Origin: an uncultured Methylococcus sp.
Lineage (GTDB): Bacteria > Pseudomonadota > Gammaproteobacteria > Methylococcales > Methylococcaceae
DNA: 64,000 nt
Assembly (NCBI GenBank): GCA_964344615.1
Contig: CAYFOC010000001.1
Location: forward strand, 802-64,801
Reading direction: 5' to 3'
Positions 49,957 to 58,189 of this stretch are shown in pieces; position 1 is the first letter of the stretch, and every line of letters begins with the position of its first letter. Below the pieces are notes generated by a model. That model worked only from the letters and a program-made list of their open reading frames with translations, was not told where the DNA came from and did no database searches. Position numbers and translations under genes: made by a program.

Positions 49957-51567
49957 CTAGTCTTTGCTGAAATCCACGTTCGCATCTTCCCCTGCCTTGA
50001 GTTTCCTCATTTCGACAGGTGAGATGCGGCCTCTGGACGAGACCTTGTCGTAGATCTCTCCAAAAGCCTGTCGGCAGAAAGGAAGACGGTCGCGCAGGCG
50101 ATCATAGGCTGAATGATCAAACATCTTTCGGAAGTCCTCTTCCGTAAGGAGCGTCTTGGCATAAAGCGCCTGATAACCCTGATTCTCGATCACGAACTTT
50201 TCCAGCGAGGGCAGAGCTTTGCGACCGTCAAAGCCGGTCTTCTTGGGCGTGCCGTAAGCCCCAATATCCACATACATCGGATCGCGCTCACCGTTTGGTG
50301 CCTCATAGGGATGAATTAGGCCGAGATGCTGTGGGTTGTCGAACACCGCCATCGGTGAGAGCCACAGCGGATATAAGTCGAAGTGGTCGTCAAAGTACTC
50401 CAGGGACTTTTTCAGCAAAGCCATCGGCATCAGCATATCCTGCACGACATGATGCTTTTCCCGAAGGCGTCGGGTTGTCTCGGTCTCGGTGTACTTCAGC
50501 AGTTCAATGCGTGGGGGCAGGGCCCAACCCAAAAGAAACCTGAACAAGGGGTTGTTGCCGAAAGTGATGATTTCCTCCATGGCCCAGAAGTAGCTCCGGG
50601 TATGACGGTGGAGGTAGTCACGGAGCGGAATGTATTCCACAACCTCTTTGCCGGCGGCAAGAATTTCCTCAACGTGTTTGTAGAACCAAGGCTTATACCA
50701 GCGACCAATCGGATTGATTGGGCCATCCTGACCGGCTTCATCGGTCAGATTTCCAATCATGACCACGCCCCGATCGCGGCTGTAGGTCAATGCTTCAACA
50801 TATTCATTCTCGACCGTGTTCCGGCAGGCCTGATCAAATGATTCTGTCAGGGCGTCAAGGCGTGTCTTCGGATGGTAGGACACTCGAACATATTTCTTGG
50901 CGGGGATGATCTTGAGTTCGGCCGCAACCAGAAATCCGAGCGTACCGTGACTCCAGGGGATGAGATGGAATAGTTCCGAGTTTTCATCGGCGGAGCAGTG
51001 CAAGAGCTTTCCTTCGGCCGTCACGATGTCGAAGGATTCGCAGATGAATTGGAATAACCCATATTTGTGGCTGCTGGTTTCAACGCCAAATCCCATGATC
51101 AGGCCGCCGACGGTGAGATCATCAAGTTCAGGGACAACGGGCAAAATCCAGCCCCGACTGATCAAGGTTCTTGAGATTTGTCCCATGCTTGCCATGGGTT
51201 CGACACGAACCGTTTGTCGCTCCTCGTCGATCGATAACAGGTCATACATCCCGATGTAGATGTTTCGGCGCGAGAGTTTGTATTTTGGAACCATCTCACT
51301 CATGGATTGCCATCCAGAGCGGGCCGTACAGAGTTGTTCCTTGGCGCCGTCCTTTTGCCATGCCTCGATTTGAGCGATGACCGATTCAACCCGCTGCTGG
51401 TGTCTTTGCGGCGCGGTTCGCATGCGGAAGAGGATGTGGTTGCGAATGAAGACGTAAGCGCTGTAGACCGTTGAAATCGGTAGTAGGCACACGGTTGCGA
51501 ACAGACCCCGATGGTGGGTCAGGATATATTCGAAGAGTTGCCCTGAGGCTTTCGTTTCTTGGGTCAT
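49957..51567 (-). CDS. Delta(24)-sterol reductase (DHCR24 / DWF1-DIMINUTO family FAD-linked oxidoreductase)
   Basis: Against my recollection of human DHCR24, long runs are identical or near-identical: 'VRVEP..(S/T)MGQ', 'PELDDLTVGGLIMG', 'SSHKYGLFQ', 'GTLGFLVAAE', 'IIPAKKYV', 'YKPWF.KHVE', 'EYIPLR.Y.HRHTRS.FW', 'FGNNP.FR.L.GW..PP.I.LLK', 'HHVVQDML.PM', 'YP.WL.P' and 'DIGAYG.P'. There is also an N-terminal TM helix and a 'AP..H..RV' segment. Confidence 0.85.
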   Translation of the reverse strand: MTQETKASGQLFEYILTHHRGLFATVCLLPISTVYSAYVFIRNHILFRMRTAPQRHQQRVESVIAQIEAWQKDGAKEQLCTARSGWQSMSEMVPKYKLSRRNIYIGMYDLLSIDEERQTVRVEPMASMGQISRTLISRGWILPVVPELDDLTVGGLIMGFGVETSSHKYGLFQFICESFDIVTAEGKLLHCSADENSELFHLIPWSHGTLGFLVAAELKIIPAKKYVRVSYHPKTRLDALTESFDQACRNTVENEYVEALTYSRDRGVVMIGNLTDEAGQDGPINPIGRWYKPWFYKHVEEILAAGKEVVEYIPLRDYLHRHTRSYFWAMEEIITFGNNPLFRFLLGWALPPRIELLKYTETETTRRLREKHHVVQDMLMPMALLKKSLEYFDDHFDLYPLWLSPMAVFDNPQHLGLIHPYEAPNGERDPMYVDIGAYGTPKKTGFDGRKALPSLEKFVIENQGYQALYAKTLLTEEDFRKMFDHSAYDRLRDRLPFCRQAFGEIYDKVSSRGRISPVEMRKLKAGEDANVDFSKD

Positions 51568-51615
51568 GGATCTTTTGCTACGTGCTTTTGCGCTAATGGG
51601 ATCGTCATATCAGAA

Positions 51616-51637
51616 AGCCCCTACGAGGGTAGGGGCT
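51616..51637. repeat. Perfect 9-bp-arm inverted repeat in the divergent DHCR24/sdmB-like control region
   Basis: The repeat agcccctac-gagg-gtaggggct lies 49 nt upstream of the DHCR24-like ATG (51567, minus) and 54 nt upstream of ATG 51691 (plus). Confidence 0.6.
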
Positions 51638-51690
51638 TCCTCTGTTGTGCCATGTTACCATTAGAGAAATTGCGCGAATATTCAGGAACC

Positions 51691-52701
51691 ATGACCTCGA
51701 CTCCGATTCTTGTCACAGGTGGCACGGGCCATCTTGGCGCCAATCTCATTCGCCGCCTCTTGCGTGACGGCCACGCCGTAAGGGCGCTGGTTCGCCCCGG
51801 CCGAGACAATGGGGCGTTCGATGGCCTTGATCTTGAAGTGATTGAGGGCGATCTCAGGGATCGCGCGGCCGTTGAAAATGCGGTGCGCGGTTGTCGTAAG
51901 ATCTACCATTGCGCGGCTCATGTTTCGACGATCGAAGGGGATGCCGCGCACAAGCGTGAAATCTTTGAGTCCAATGTTCTTGGAACAATGAATCTCCTGG
52001 ATGCTGCAAAATCATTGGGCGTTGAGAAGGTGGTTGTTTCAGGCTCTCTGAGTGCAACCGGCTATGAAAAAGGGGTACCGAGCGTTGAGTCGGATCCTTT
52101 CTATCCCTTTGACCGGCATCTGCCTTACGGCTTCACCAAGCATTTGGTGGAACATCATTGTCTCAGAGCGCATGCCGATGGGCTGGATGTCGTTGTCGCT
52201 GTTTCCTGCGCGATCATAGGACCTAACGATTTTGTTCCCTCGCGGTTCGGGCAGGTGCTGATTGATTTTGCCCATGGCAAACTGAATGCCTACATTCCGG
52301 GCGGATTCGAATTTGTCTCGACCGAAGATATTGTCGAGGGACACGTGTTGGCGATGGATAAAGGTCGTTCTGGCCAGAAGTATCTGATCAGTACCACGTA
52401 TTCGACCGTAGATGATCTTCTAGACCTCTTTTCAGAGGTCACCGGGAAGCCAAAGCCACGGCTTCGCCTCCCGATTCCGGTGATGGCAGCCATCGCCGGA
52501 GTGATGGATACGCTTTGGTTCAGATTCTTCCCGAATCAGCCAAGACGTTTTACACCCGCAGCTGTTCGACTGCTGAGCATGCATCGTAAGGTCGATAATT
52601 CGAAGGCCAAGAACGAGCTCGGCTACCAGCCAACGTCTCTGCGCGATGCTGTGCAATCCGCCTATGATGACTTTGTCAGACGAGGTCTGATTCGGCGGTG
52701 A
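51691..52701 (+). CDS. sdmB: NAD(P)-dependent extended-SDR (3-beta-HSD / epimerase-dehydratase family), SdmB-like sterol C-4 demethylation reductase/decarboxylase candidate
   Basis: I moved the start to ATG 51691, which has AGGA upstream. The Rossmann motif is 'ILVTGGTGHLGANLIRRLL' and 'LPYGFTKHL' carries the YxxxK catalytic pair. The gene sits immediately upstream of a Rieske oxygenase and divergent from DHCR24. The symbol is assigned by context. Confidence 0.6.
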   Translation: MTSTPILVTGGTGHLGANLIRRLLRDGHAVRALVRPGRDNGAFDGLDLEVIEGDLRDRAAVENAVRGCRKIYHCAAHVSTIEGDAAHKREIFESNVLGTMNLLDAAKSLGVEKVVVSGSLSATGYEKGVPSVESDPFYPFDRHLPYGFTKHLVEHHCLRAHADGLDVVVAVSCAIIGPNDFVPSRFGQVLIDFAHGKLNAYIPGGFEFVSTEDIVEGHVLAMDKGRSGQKYLISTTYSTVDDLLDLFSEVTGKPKPRLRLPIPVMAAIAGVMDTLWFRFFPNQPRRFTPAAVRLLSMHRKVDNSKAKNELGYQPTSLRDAVQSAYDDFVRRGLIRR

Positions 52702-52767
52702 CGCCCTTATTCCCGAGACGGACTTTTTTGTTTTCCTGTCCCCTATTCAGATGATACGGAGTGCCCC

Positions 52768-53925
52768 ATGAGGGATCCCCTTGATGACCGTGAATTAACC
52801 CCGCCCCCCTCGTTCCAGGAATCGCGCAGTACAAGACAGAAAGTACGCGCCGCCGGGTTGGATCCCGATCGTTGGTATGCGGTTGAGTATGACCGTGAAA
52901 TCAAGAAAGGCGAAATCAAGGAAGTTCAGTTCTGGAATCTGTCGATTGCTCTGTTTAGAGGAGAAGATGGGACCTTGTCTGCTCTCCAGAACCGGTGCCC
53001 GCATCGTCATCTGAAGCTCACGCATGGTGTTGTCGACAAATGCCAGGTTCGCTGCGCCTATCACGGCTGGTCTTTTAATCGGGATGGCTGGCTCACCGAC
53101 TATTCGCATGACAGCTTCGGTAAGCCACTGATCAAGAGCAAGCTGAGAACGTTTCCTGTAGAAGTCCGCTATGGCCTCGTCTGGCTGTTCCCGGGCGACC
53201 CTGATCTTGCCTCTGTTCGGAAAATCCCTGAAATTCCTGAACTCATGACGGACGATCCTTGGGCCGGGTTTACGGTCGACTATACGTGGAAGACCCATCA
53301 TTCCATGGTGATCGACAATATCTGCGACTTTGCGCATGCCTTCCTGCATCGGAAGTATCAGCCGTTTGTTGATGCAAAGTTGACCCACTATGAGGCGGAT
53401 GAGGACAAGGTTTATCTGACTTATGACACCTACATGGCCGAAGGTAAATTCTCCAAGTATTTCGTCAACCGCAAGCGGGTTAACACCCGATCGATTGAGA
53501 TCTGCTACGAATATCCTTACCAATGGTCAAATACAGGGAACAGCATCAAGCACTGGTGCTTCCTCCTTCCGATCGACGAACGGACAACGCGCGTATTCTT
53601 TATCTTCTACTTTGATAGCGTGAAGATTCCGATGATTCCGTTCAATGCACCGAAATGGCTGACACAACAGGTGCTTAATGCGTCCGTGCCGCTTCTATTC
53701 AAGCCCTTGCTGGCGGAAGATGGTGTCGCCCTCGAGGCCGAGCAGATCGGCTATGAGGAGCATTGGAATGCGCCACCCATTGAGCTGAACCCGATTGTGC
53801 CCTTGCTTCAGAAGTTGACGGTTGAGCAGTGGCAGAACTTCCTTGATCGAACAGCCGCTGCGGCGTCAAAGCCGAAGAGCCGGTCTGAAGAAGAGAAGCC
53901 TTCCGAAGTGGCCGAAGCCGTATAA
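52768..53925 (+). CDS. sdmA: Rieske [2Fe-2S] non-heme-iron oxygenase, SdmA-like sterol C-4 methyl oxidase candidate
   Basis: The Rieske motif is 'CPHRHLKLTHG...CAYHGW'. The mononuclear iron site is 'DNICDFAHAFLH'. The gene lies 66 nt downstream of the SDR gene. The symbol is assigned by context. Confidence 0.6.
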   Translation: MRDPLDDRELTPPPSFQESRSTRQKVRAAGLDPDRWYAVEYDREIKKGEIKEVQFWNLSIALFRGEDGTLSALQNRCPHRHLKLTHGVVDKCQVRCAYHGWSFNRDGWLTDYSHDSFGKPLIKSKLRTFPVEVRYGLVWLFPGDPDLASVRKIPEIPELMTDDPWAGFTVDYTWKTHHSMVIDNICDFAHAFLHRKYQPFVDAKLTHYEADEDKVYLTYDTYMAEGKFSKYFVNRKRVNTRSIEICYEYPYQWSNTGNSIKHWCFLLPIDERTTRVFFIFYFDSVKIPMIPFNAPKWLTQQVLNASVPLLFKPLLAEDGVALEAEQIGYEEHWNAPPIELNPIVPLLQKLTVEQWQNFLDRTAAAASKPKSRSEEEKPSEVAEAV

Positions 53926-53947
53926 ACGCCGGCTTCTAGGTCTCAGC

Positions 53948-53984
53948 AAAAGGCGCGATCATGTCCGGCATGATCGCGCCTTTT
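53948..53984. terminator. Bidirectional rho-independent terminator
   Basis: The hairpin aaaaggcgcgatcatg-tccgg-catgatcgcgcctttt is a 16-bp perfect stem with A/T tracts on both sides. It lies between the stops at 53925 (+) and 54013 (-). Confidence 0.9.
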
Positions 53985-54012
53985 GCATATTGGGATGCAG
54001 AGGAAAAATCGT

Positions 54013-54576
54013 TTAGGGATTCCCGAGGGCGAGAATTTCCGGGAGGTATCCGGGAAAGCTTTGAAGGCTGTGATTCCCCCCCTCGACGATGGAAAAACGA
54101 GCGCCATGGTAGGCCTCCACGGCATCACGATAATCAAGGACTTCGTCACCGGTCTCAAGCAGAACCCAGAATCGGGATGGTTTTGAGAGGGAAGGAACGT
54201 CCAACGATTCAAGCTCTCGGATATGCCGGGCCTCCAACGTGAATGTCTCACCCGTATAGATATTTTCATGGGGTCCAAGCCACGGCTCAAGAAGTCTCGC
54301 GGCATGGCAGGCGGGATTGATCAAGACCGCATCCAGATCGTGTTTTTCCGCGAGATAGGTGGCGTAGTAACCGCCGAGTGAACTTCCAACGAGCAAAGGC
54401 CGCGAATTGGACGCCGCCATCACGTCTTCCACTTTCATGATGGCTTCAAGCGGGGAAACGGGCAGATCTTCGCACCAGAAGCCGTGGTCGTAGCCTTTGC
54501 GATGAAGGAACTCCTTGAGTTCGATGGCTTTCTGAGAACGAGATGATGACTTGAAACCGTGGAGATAAATGATCAT
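54013..54576 (-). CDS. yqiA: YqiA-family esterase (alpha/beta hydrolase, UPF0227)
   Basis: 'MIIYLHGFKSSSRS' and the nucleophile elbow 'LVGSSLGGYYA' are present. I moved the start to ATG 54576. Confidence 0.75.
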   Translation of the reverse strand: MIIYLHGFKSSSRSQKAIELKEFLHRKGYDHGFWCEDLPVSPLEAIMKVEDVMAASNSRPLLVGSSLGGYYATYLAEKHDLDAVLINPACHAARLLEPWLGPHENIYTGETFTLEARHIRELESLDVPSLSKPSRFWVLLETGDEVLDYRDAVEAYHGARFSIVEGGNHSLQSFPGYLPEILALGNP

Positions 54577-54718
54577 GTAAGCAAGACCGGGGCGAGGTGG
54601 ACGAATGAAATCCACGACAAGGTATTAAAGAGAGCCGTAACTCCGGCGTATACTAGCGAATTCGCGTTGGGACCCCATGGGTTCTTTGCCATCCACCTGA
54701 CAGCCATAACACATCAAA

Positions 54719-55240
54719 ATGACTGAGATTCAGTATACCCTTCGACTTCAGGACCTCATTTTTTTCAATGACCATCAGTTCTGCAAGAAGGAAGAAACAA
54801 AAAAATCGCTGCGCCGTCATCAGACAACCGTTCCTGCGACATTGTCACTGATCGTCCTATTCGTTTGGTTTTATTACCAGGACACCCTGACCGCCATGTG
54901 GTTGGGTGTAGCCGCTGTCAGTTGGGCCTTTGTTGCACCCTGGATGATTCGTTGGAATGCGAAGAAGCGGGCCATGGCGCTTTATACAGCCGATGTGCTT
55001 GAACGTGTTCTGGGCACCTATACCCTGAAAGTCGAAGAGAAAGATCTTGTCGAGATCAGCAATGCCGGTGAATCGCGTATTGCCTGGAAGGACGTGCTTC
55101 GAATCGAGCCTGCAAAAAACTACGCGTTCATCTTCGTATCTTTGGATTCGGCCATCATTATTCCCCGCAAAACCGTCACTCAGGGCGATATTCTGACGTT
55201 CTTCAAGGACGTTGAAGCCCACATCGAAAAAGCTTCCTGA
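54719..55240 (+). CDS. YcxB-like membrane protein (two TM helices plus a C-terminal beta domain)
   Basis: Two central TM helices are present ('ATLSLIVLFVWFYY', 'WLGVAAVSWAFVAPWMI'). The 'YAFIFVSLDSAIIIPRK' segment is typical of YcxB-like proteins. Confidence 0.55.
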   Translation: MTEIQYTLRLQDLIFFNDHQFCKKEETKKSLRRHQTTVPATLSLIVLFVWFYYQDTLTAMWLGVAAVSWAFVAPWMIRWNAKKRAMALYTADVLERVLGTYTLKVEEKDLVEISNAGESRIAWKDVLRIEPAKNYAFIFVSLDSAIIIPRKTVTQGDILTFFKDVEAHIEKAS

Positions 55241-55253
55241 GTCCTGGCTAGGA

Positions 55254-57149
55254 ATGATTAGTGCGCGCAATCTCGCCCTTCGTCGAGGCCCTAGGGTTCT
55301 CTTCGAAGGGGCCTCGTTCACCCTCAATCGAGGTGAACGCGTAGGCATTACCGGAGCCAATGGGGCCGGAAAATCCAGTTTCTTTGAGCTCATTCTTGGG
55401 ACGCTTCACCCGGATCAGGGAGAGCTTGATGTGGCTCTGGGCCTTGAAATTGCCCATGTTGCCCAGGAAACACCGGCTTTGGCCACGACGGCGATCGACT
55501 ACGTGCTCGATGGGGACCGTGAACTCCGCAAGATTGAATCGGACATCGAGGCCGCAGATGCGCTCGGTGATGGAATGGCTCTGGCCCATCTCCACGAAGC
55601 CTATTTGCATGTGGGAGGCTATGAGGCAAGGGCAAAGGCCGCTCGACTTCTCAACGGCCTTGGCTTTGCCCCAGGTTCTGAGTCGCGTTCGGTCTGCGAG
55701 TTCTCTGGTGGTTGGCGGGTCAGGCTGAATGTGGCCCAGGCCCTCATGTGCCGCTCAGATGTTCTTCTGCTTGACGAACCGACCAATCACCTTGATCTCG
55801 ATGCCGTGATCTGGCTTCAGGACTGGTTATCGTCTTACCCGGGAACCTTGCTGCTGGTCTCGCATGACCGCGATTTTCTGGATGATCTGGCTACGCATGT
55901 TCTTCATATCGAACATGGCAAGGTCCAGCTTCATACCGGCAATTATTCTGCCTTTGAAACGCGTCGGGCTGAAATGCTGGCGCAACAAAATGCCTCGTAC
56001 CAGCGGCAGCAGCGCGAACTGCAGCGAATCCAGGGCTTTGTCGACCGATTCAGGGCGCAGGCGACCAAAGCCAGGCAGGTCCAAAGCCGTCTGAAGGCAC
56101 TTGATCGCATGACCTTGATTGCCATGGCTCAGGCGGATAGCGATGTAGCCTTCAGCTTCGAGGCGCCGGAAAAATATCCTACACCGCTGTTGCGACTGGA
56201 TGGCATCAGTGCGGGATATTCCGATGTTCCGATTCTGTCGGGCATCGATATGACCATCAGCCCTGGTGATCGTATTGGATTGCTCGGACCCAACGGAGCT
56301 GGTAAATCGACGCTGATTAAGGCTCTGGCCGGTGTCGTGAATACGACGGCGGGAGAGAGGATTCCTGCACAGGATCTCAAGATCGGATACTTTGCACAGC
56401 ATCAGCTTGAACAGCTGAATCCTGAGCAGAGCGCCTTGTGGCATCTTCAGAAACTCGACCCTAGAGCGCAAGAACGTGACCTCAGGAATTATCTAGGTGG
56501 CTTCGGATTCAAGGGTGAACGCGCCCTTGAGCCCATCGGACCTTTTTCAGGGGGGGAGAAGTCACGGCTGGTTCTAGCCATGCTGATTCGCCAGCGCCCG
56601 AATCTTTTGTTGCTGGATGAACCTACCAATCATCTGGACCTTCCGACCCGTGATGCTCTGACGCTCGCCCTGCAGGAATATGAGGGTGCACTTGTCCTCG
56701 TGTCCCATGATCGTTATCTCCTCAGGACAGTAGCTAATGAATTCCATCTGGTCGCAGATGGTGGAACCGTGTCTTACCAAGGCGATCTGGATGAATATCG
56801 ACGTTGGCTCGCGGAGCGTAGGCAACGTCAGAAGGATTCAACGGTCACGACTGCACCTGCGCCGGAGCCCCAAAGTCGACAGCTATCGAAGCAGGAAGAG
56901 GCCGAGAAACGCAAGCAGCAGAAAACCTTGACCACGGCCCTTGAACGGGCTGAACGGCGGATGAATCAGGCCAGTGAGCACTTAGAGATCCTTGAGCAAA
57001 AGCTGGCGCAGGAGGATCTTTACCGGCCTGAGTCGGTTGAGACCCTGAATCAATTGATCAAGGAACGTGATCTGCATGCCGCCGAGCTCAAGGAATCGGA
57101 GAATGCGTGGCTTGAGGCCAGTGATGCCCTGGAGTTGCTAGCGCAATGA
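55254..57149 (+). CDS. yheS: ABC-F family ATPase (YheS-like translation factor)
   Basis: There are two ABC cassettes ('GANGAGKSS'/'LLLDEPTNHLD' and 'GPNGAGKST'/'LLLDEPTNHLD'), no TM domain and a C-terminal coiled-coil. I moved the start to ATG 55254. Confidence 0.85.
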   Translation: MISARNLALRRGPRVLFEGASFTLNRGERVGITGANGAGKSSFFELILGTLHPDQGELDVALGLEIAHVAQETPALATTAIDYVLDGDRELRKIESDIEAADALGDGMALAHLHEAYLHVGGYEARAKAARLLNGLGFAPGSESRSVCEFSGGWRVRLNVAQALMCRSDVLLLDEPTNHLDLDAVIWLQDWLSSYPGTLLLVSHDRDFLDDLATHVLHIEHGKVQLHTGNYSAFETRRAEMLAQQNASYQRQQRELQRIQGFVDRFRAQATKARQVQSRLKALDRMTLIAMAQADSDVAFSFEAPEKYPTPLLRLDGISAGYSDVPILSGIDMTISPGDRIGLLGPNGAGKSTLIKALAGVVNTTAGERIPAQDLKIGYFAQHQLEQLNPEQSALWHLQKLDPRAQERDLRNYLGGFGFKGERALEPIGPFSGGEKSRLVLAMLIRQRPNLLLLDEPTNHLDLPTRDALTLALQEYEGALVLVSHDRYLLRTVANEFHLVADGGTVSYQGDLDEYRRWLAERRQRQKDSTVTTAPAPEPQSRQLSKQEEAEKRKQQKTLTTALERAERRMNQASEHLEILEQKLAQEDLYRPESVETLNQLIKERDLHAAELKESENAWLEASDALELLAQ

Positions 57150-57634
57150 GTGCGCTGCTAAGGCTGTTCTTCGACATCACTTGCCTTCGAAAGGGTCCTC
57201 AGGACATCCCCGATTCCGGGTTGCTTCTAGCTTTGGCGTTGGTTGCGGATCTGATCCTCTCTGCACTCGTCGGGCTAACTGGCGGAGAGGTCATCGATGC
57301 CTTTCTTCAGTCCTTGGTCGCTACGGTGCTTCTTTTGGCCTTCCTGGCCGTCGTCCTATTCAGCACATCCCATTGGCAACGATTTAAGAGAACGGTAACG
57401 GCGGCCTTGGGTTGTGATGCCCTCATGACCCTTGTGGCCCTTCCTGTCACTCTCCTTGGCGAGATGGTGCCGGGGACAGGCCTTCTCGTTCTGGTGGTAG
57501 TGTTCTGGAATCTGGTGGTTTTTGCTCACATACTTCGACACGCCCTCGGTATAGGATATGCCTTGGCCGGAGCCTTGGCTTTCATATACATGGTGGCTAG
57601 TATGGATCTCATGGCACAGATCTTCGGTGCCTAG
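57146..57634 (+). CDS. Integral membrane protein, unknown function
   Basis: The 162-aa protein has 4-5 hydrophobic helices. Its start overlaps the yheS stop by 4 nt. Confidence 0.5.
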   Translation: MSALLRLFFDITCLRKGPQDIPDSGLLLALALVADLILSALVGLTGGEVIDAFLQSLVATVLLLAFLAVVLFSTSHWQRFKRTVTAALGCDALMTLVALPVTLLGEMVPGTGLLVLVVVFWNLVVFAHILRHALGIGYALAGALAFIYMVASMDLMAQIFGA

Positions 57635-57693
57635 CGGCAACGCAGGCACGCGTTCAGGTTCCCGTTCTGCAGTGAATATAGTGAGGAAGCACA

Positions 57694-58134
57694 TTGTTCT
57701 ACAAGAATATTCTCGTTGCACACGACTTCTCGGATTCAGGAGCTAAGGCTTTTCATCGGGCCATGGCTTTGGCGCAGCCGTTTGAGGCCAAAATCTATCT
57801 TCTGCACGTTGTGGAATACATCACTCCGGTGGATACCACCTTCGGTGCAGTTTCTCCGTTCGATGGAGATCTGACAGAGCAGTTGATGGAAATTGCTCGA
57901 GCGCGTTTGATTCAAATCGGCAAGAAACACGACATTCCCGAAGACCGTTGTCGAGTCGAGCTTGGGAGCCCCAAGAACGAGATCATTCGGATTGCCGAAG
58001 ACATTCGATCAGACTTGATCATCATGGGTAGCCACGGACAACACGGTCTGGGGCTCTTGCTAGGATCGACGACGACGAGCGTTGTCGGTCACGCCGCTTG
58101 CGATGTGCTTTCGGTCTATCACCAAAGCGCCTGA
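57694..58134 (+). CDS. Universal stress protein (UspA family)
   Basis: 'ILVAHDFSD...', 'DLIIMGSHG' and 'GSTTTSVVGHAACDVL' are present. Confidence 0.85.
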   Translation: MFYKNILVAHDFSDSGAKAFHRAMALAQPFEAKIYLLHVVEYITPVDTTFGAVSPFDGDLTEQLMEIARARLIQIGKKHDIPEDRCRVELGSPKNEIIRIAEDIRSDLIIMGSHGQHGLGLLLGSTTTSVVGHAACDVLSVYHQSA

Positions 58135-58189
58135 GGCTAAAAACGGTCGGTGAACCGTTCCAGGGAGCTGGCGCGTGGTTGGCCAAGAA

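Noticed and set aside
52795-53523. A 242-aa ORF on the minus strand.
   Set aside because: It is antisense to the Rieske oxygenase, which has CxH...CxxH and the iron-site motifs. It is a shadow ORF. The same reasoning applies to 12480-13115, 32608-33210, 45683-46351, 55827-56471 and the many shorter overlapping ORFs in the track.
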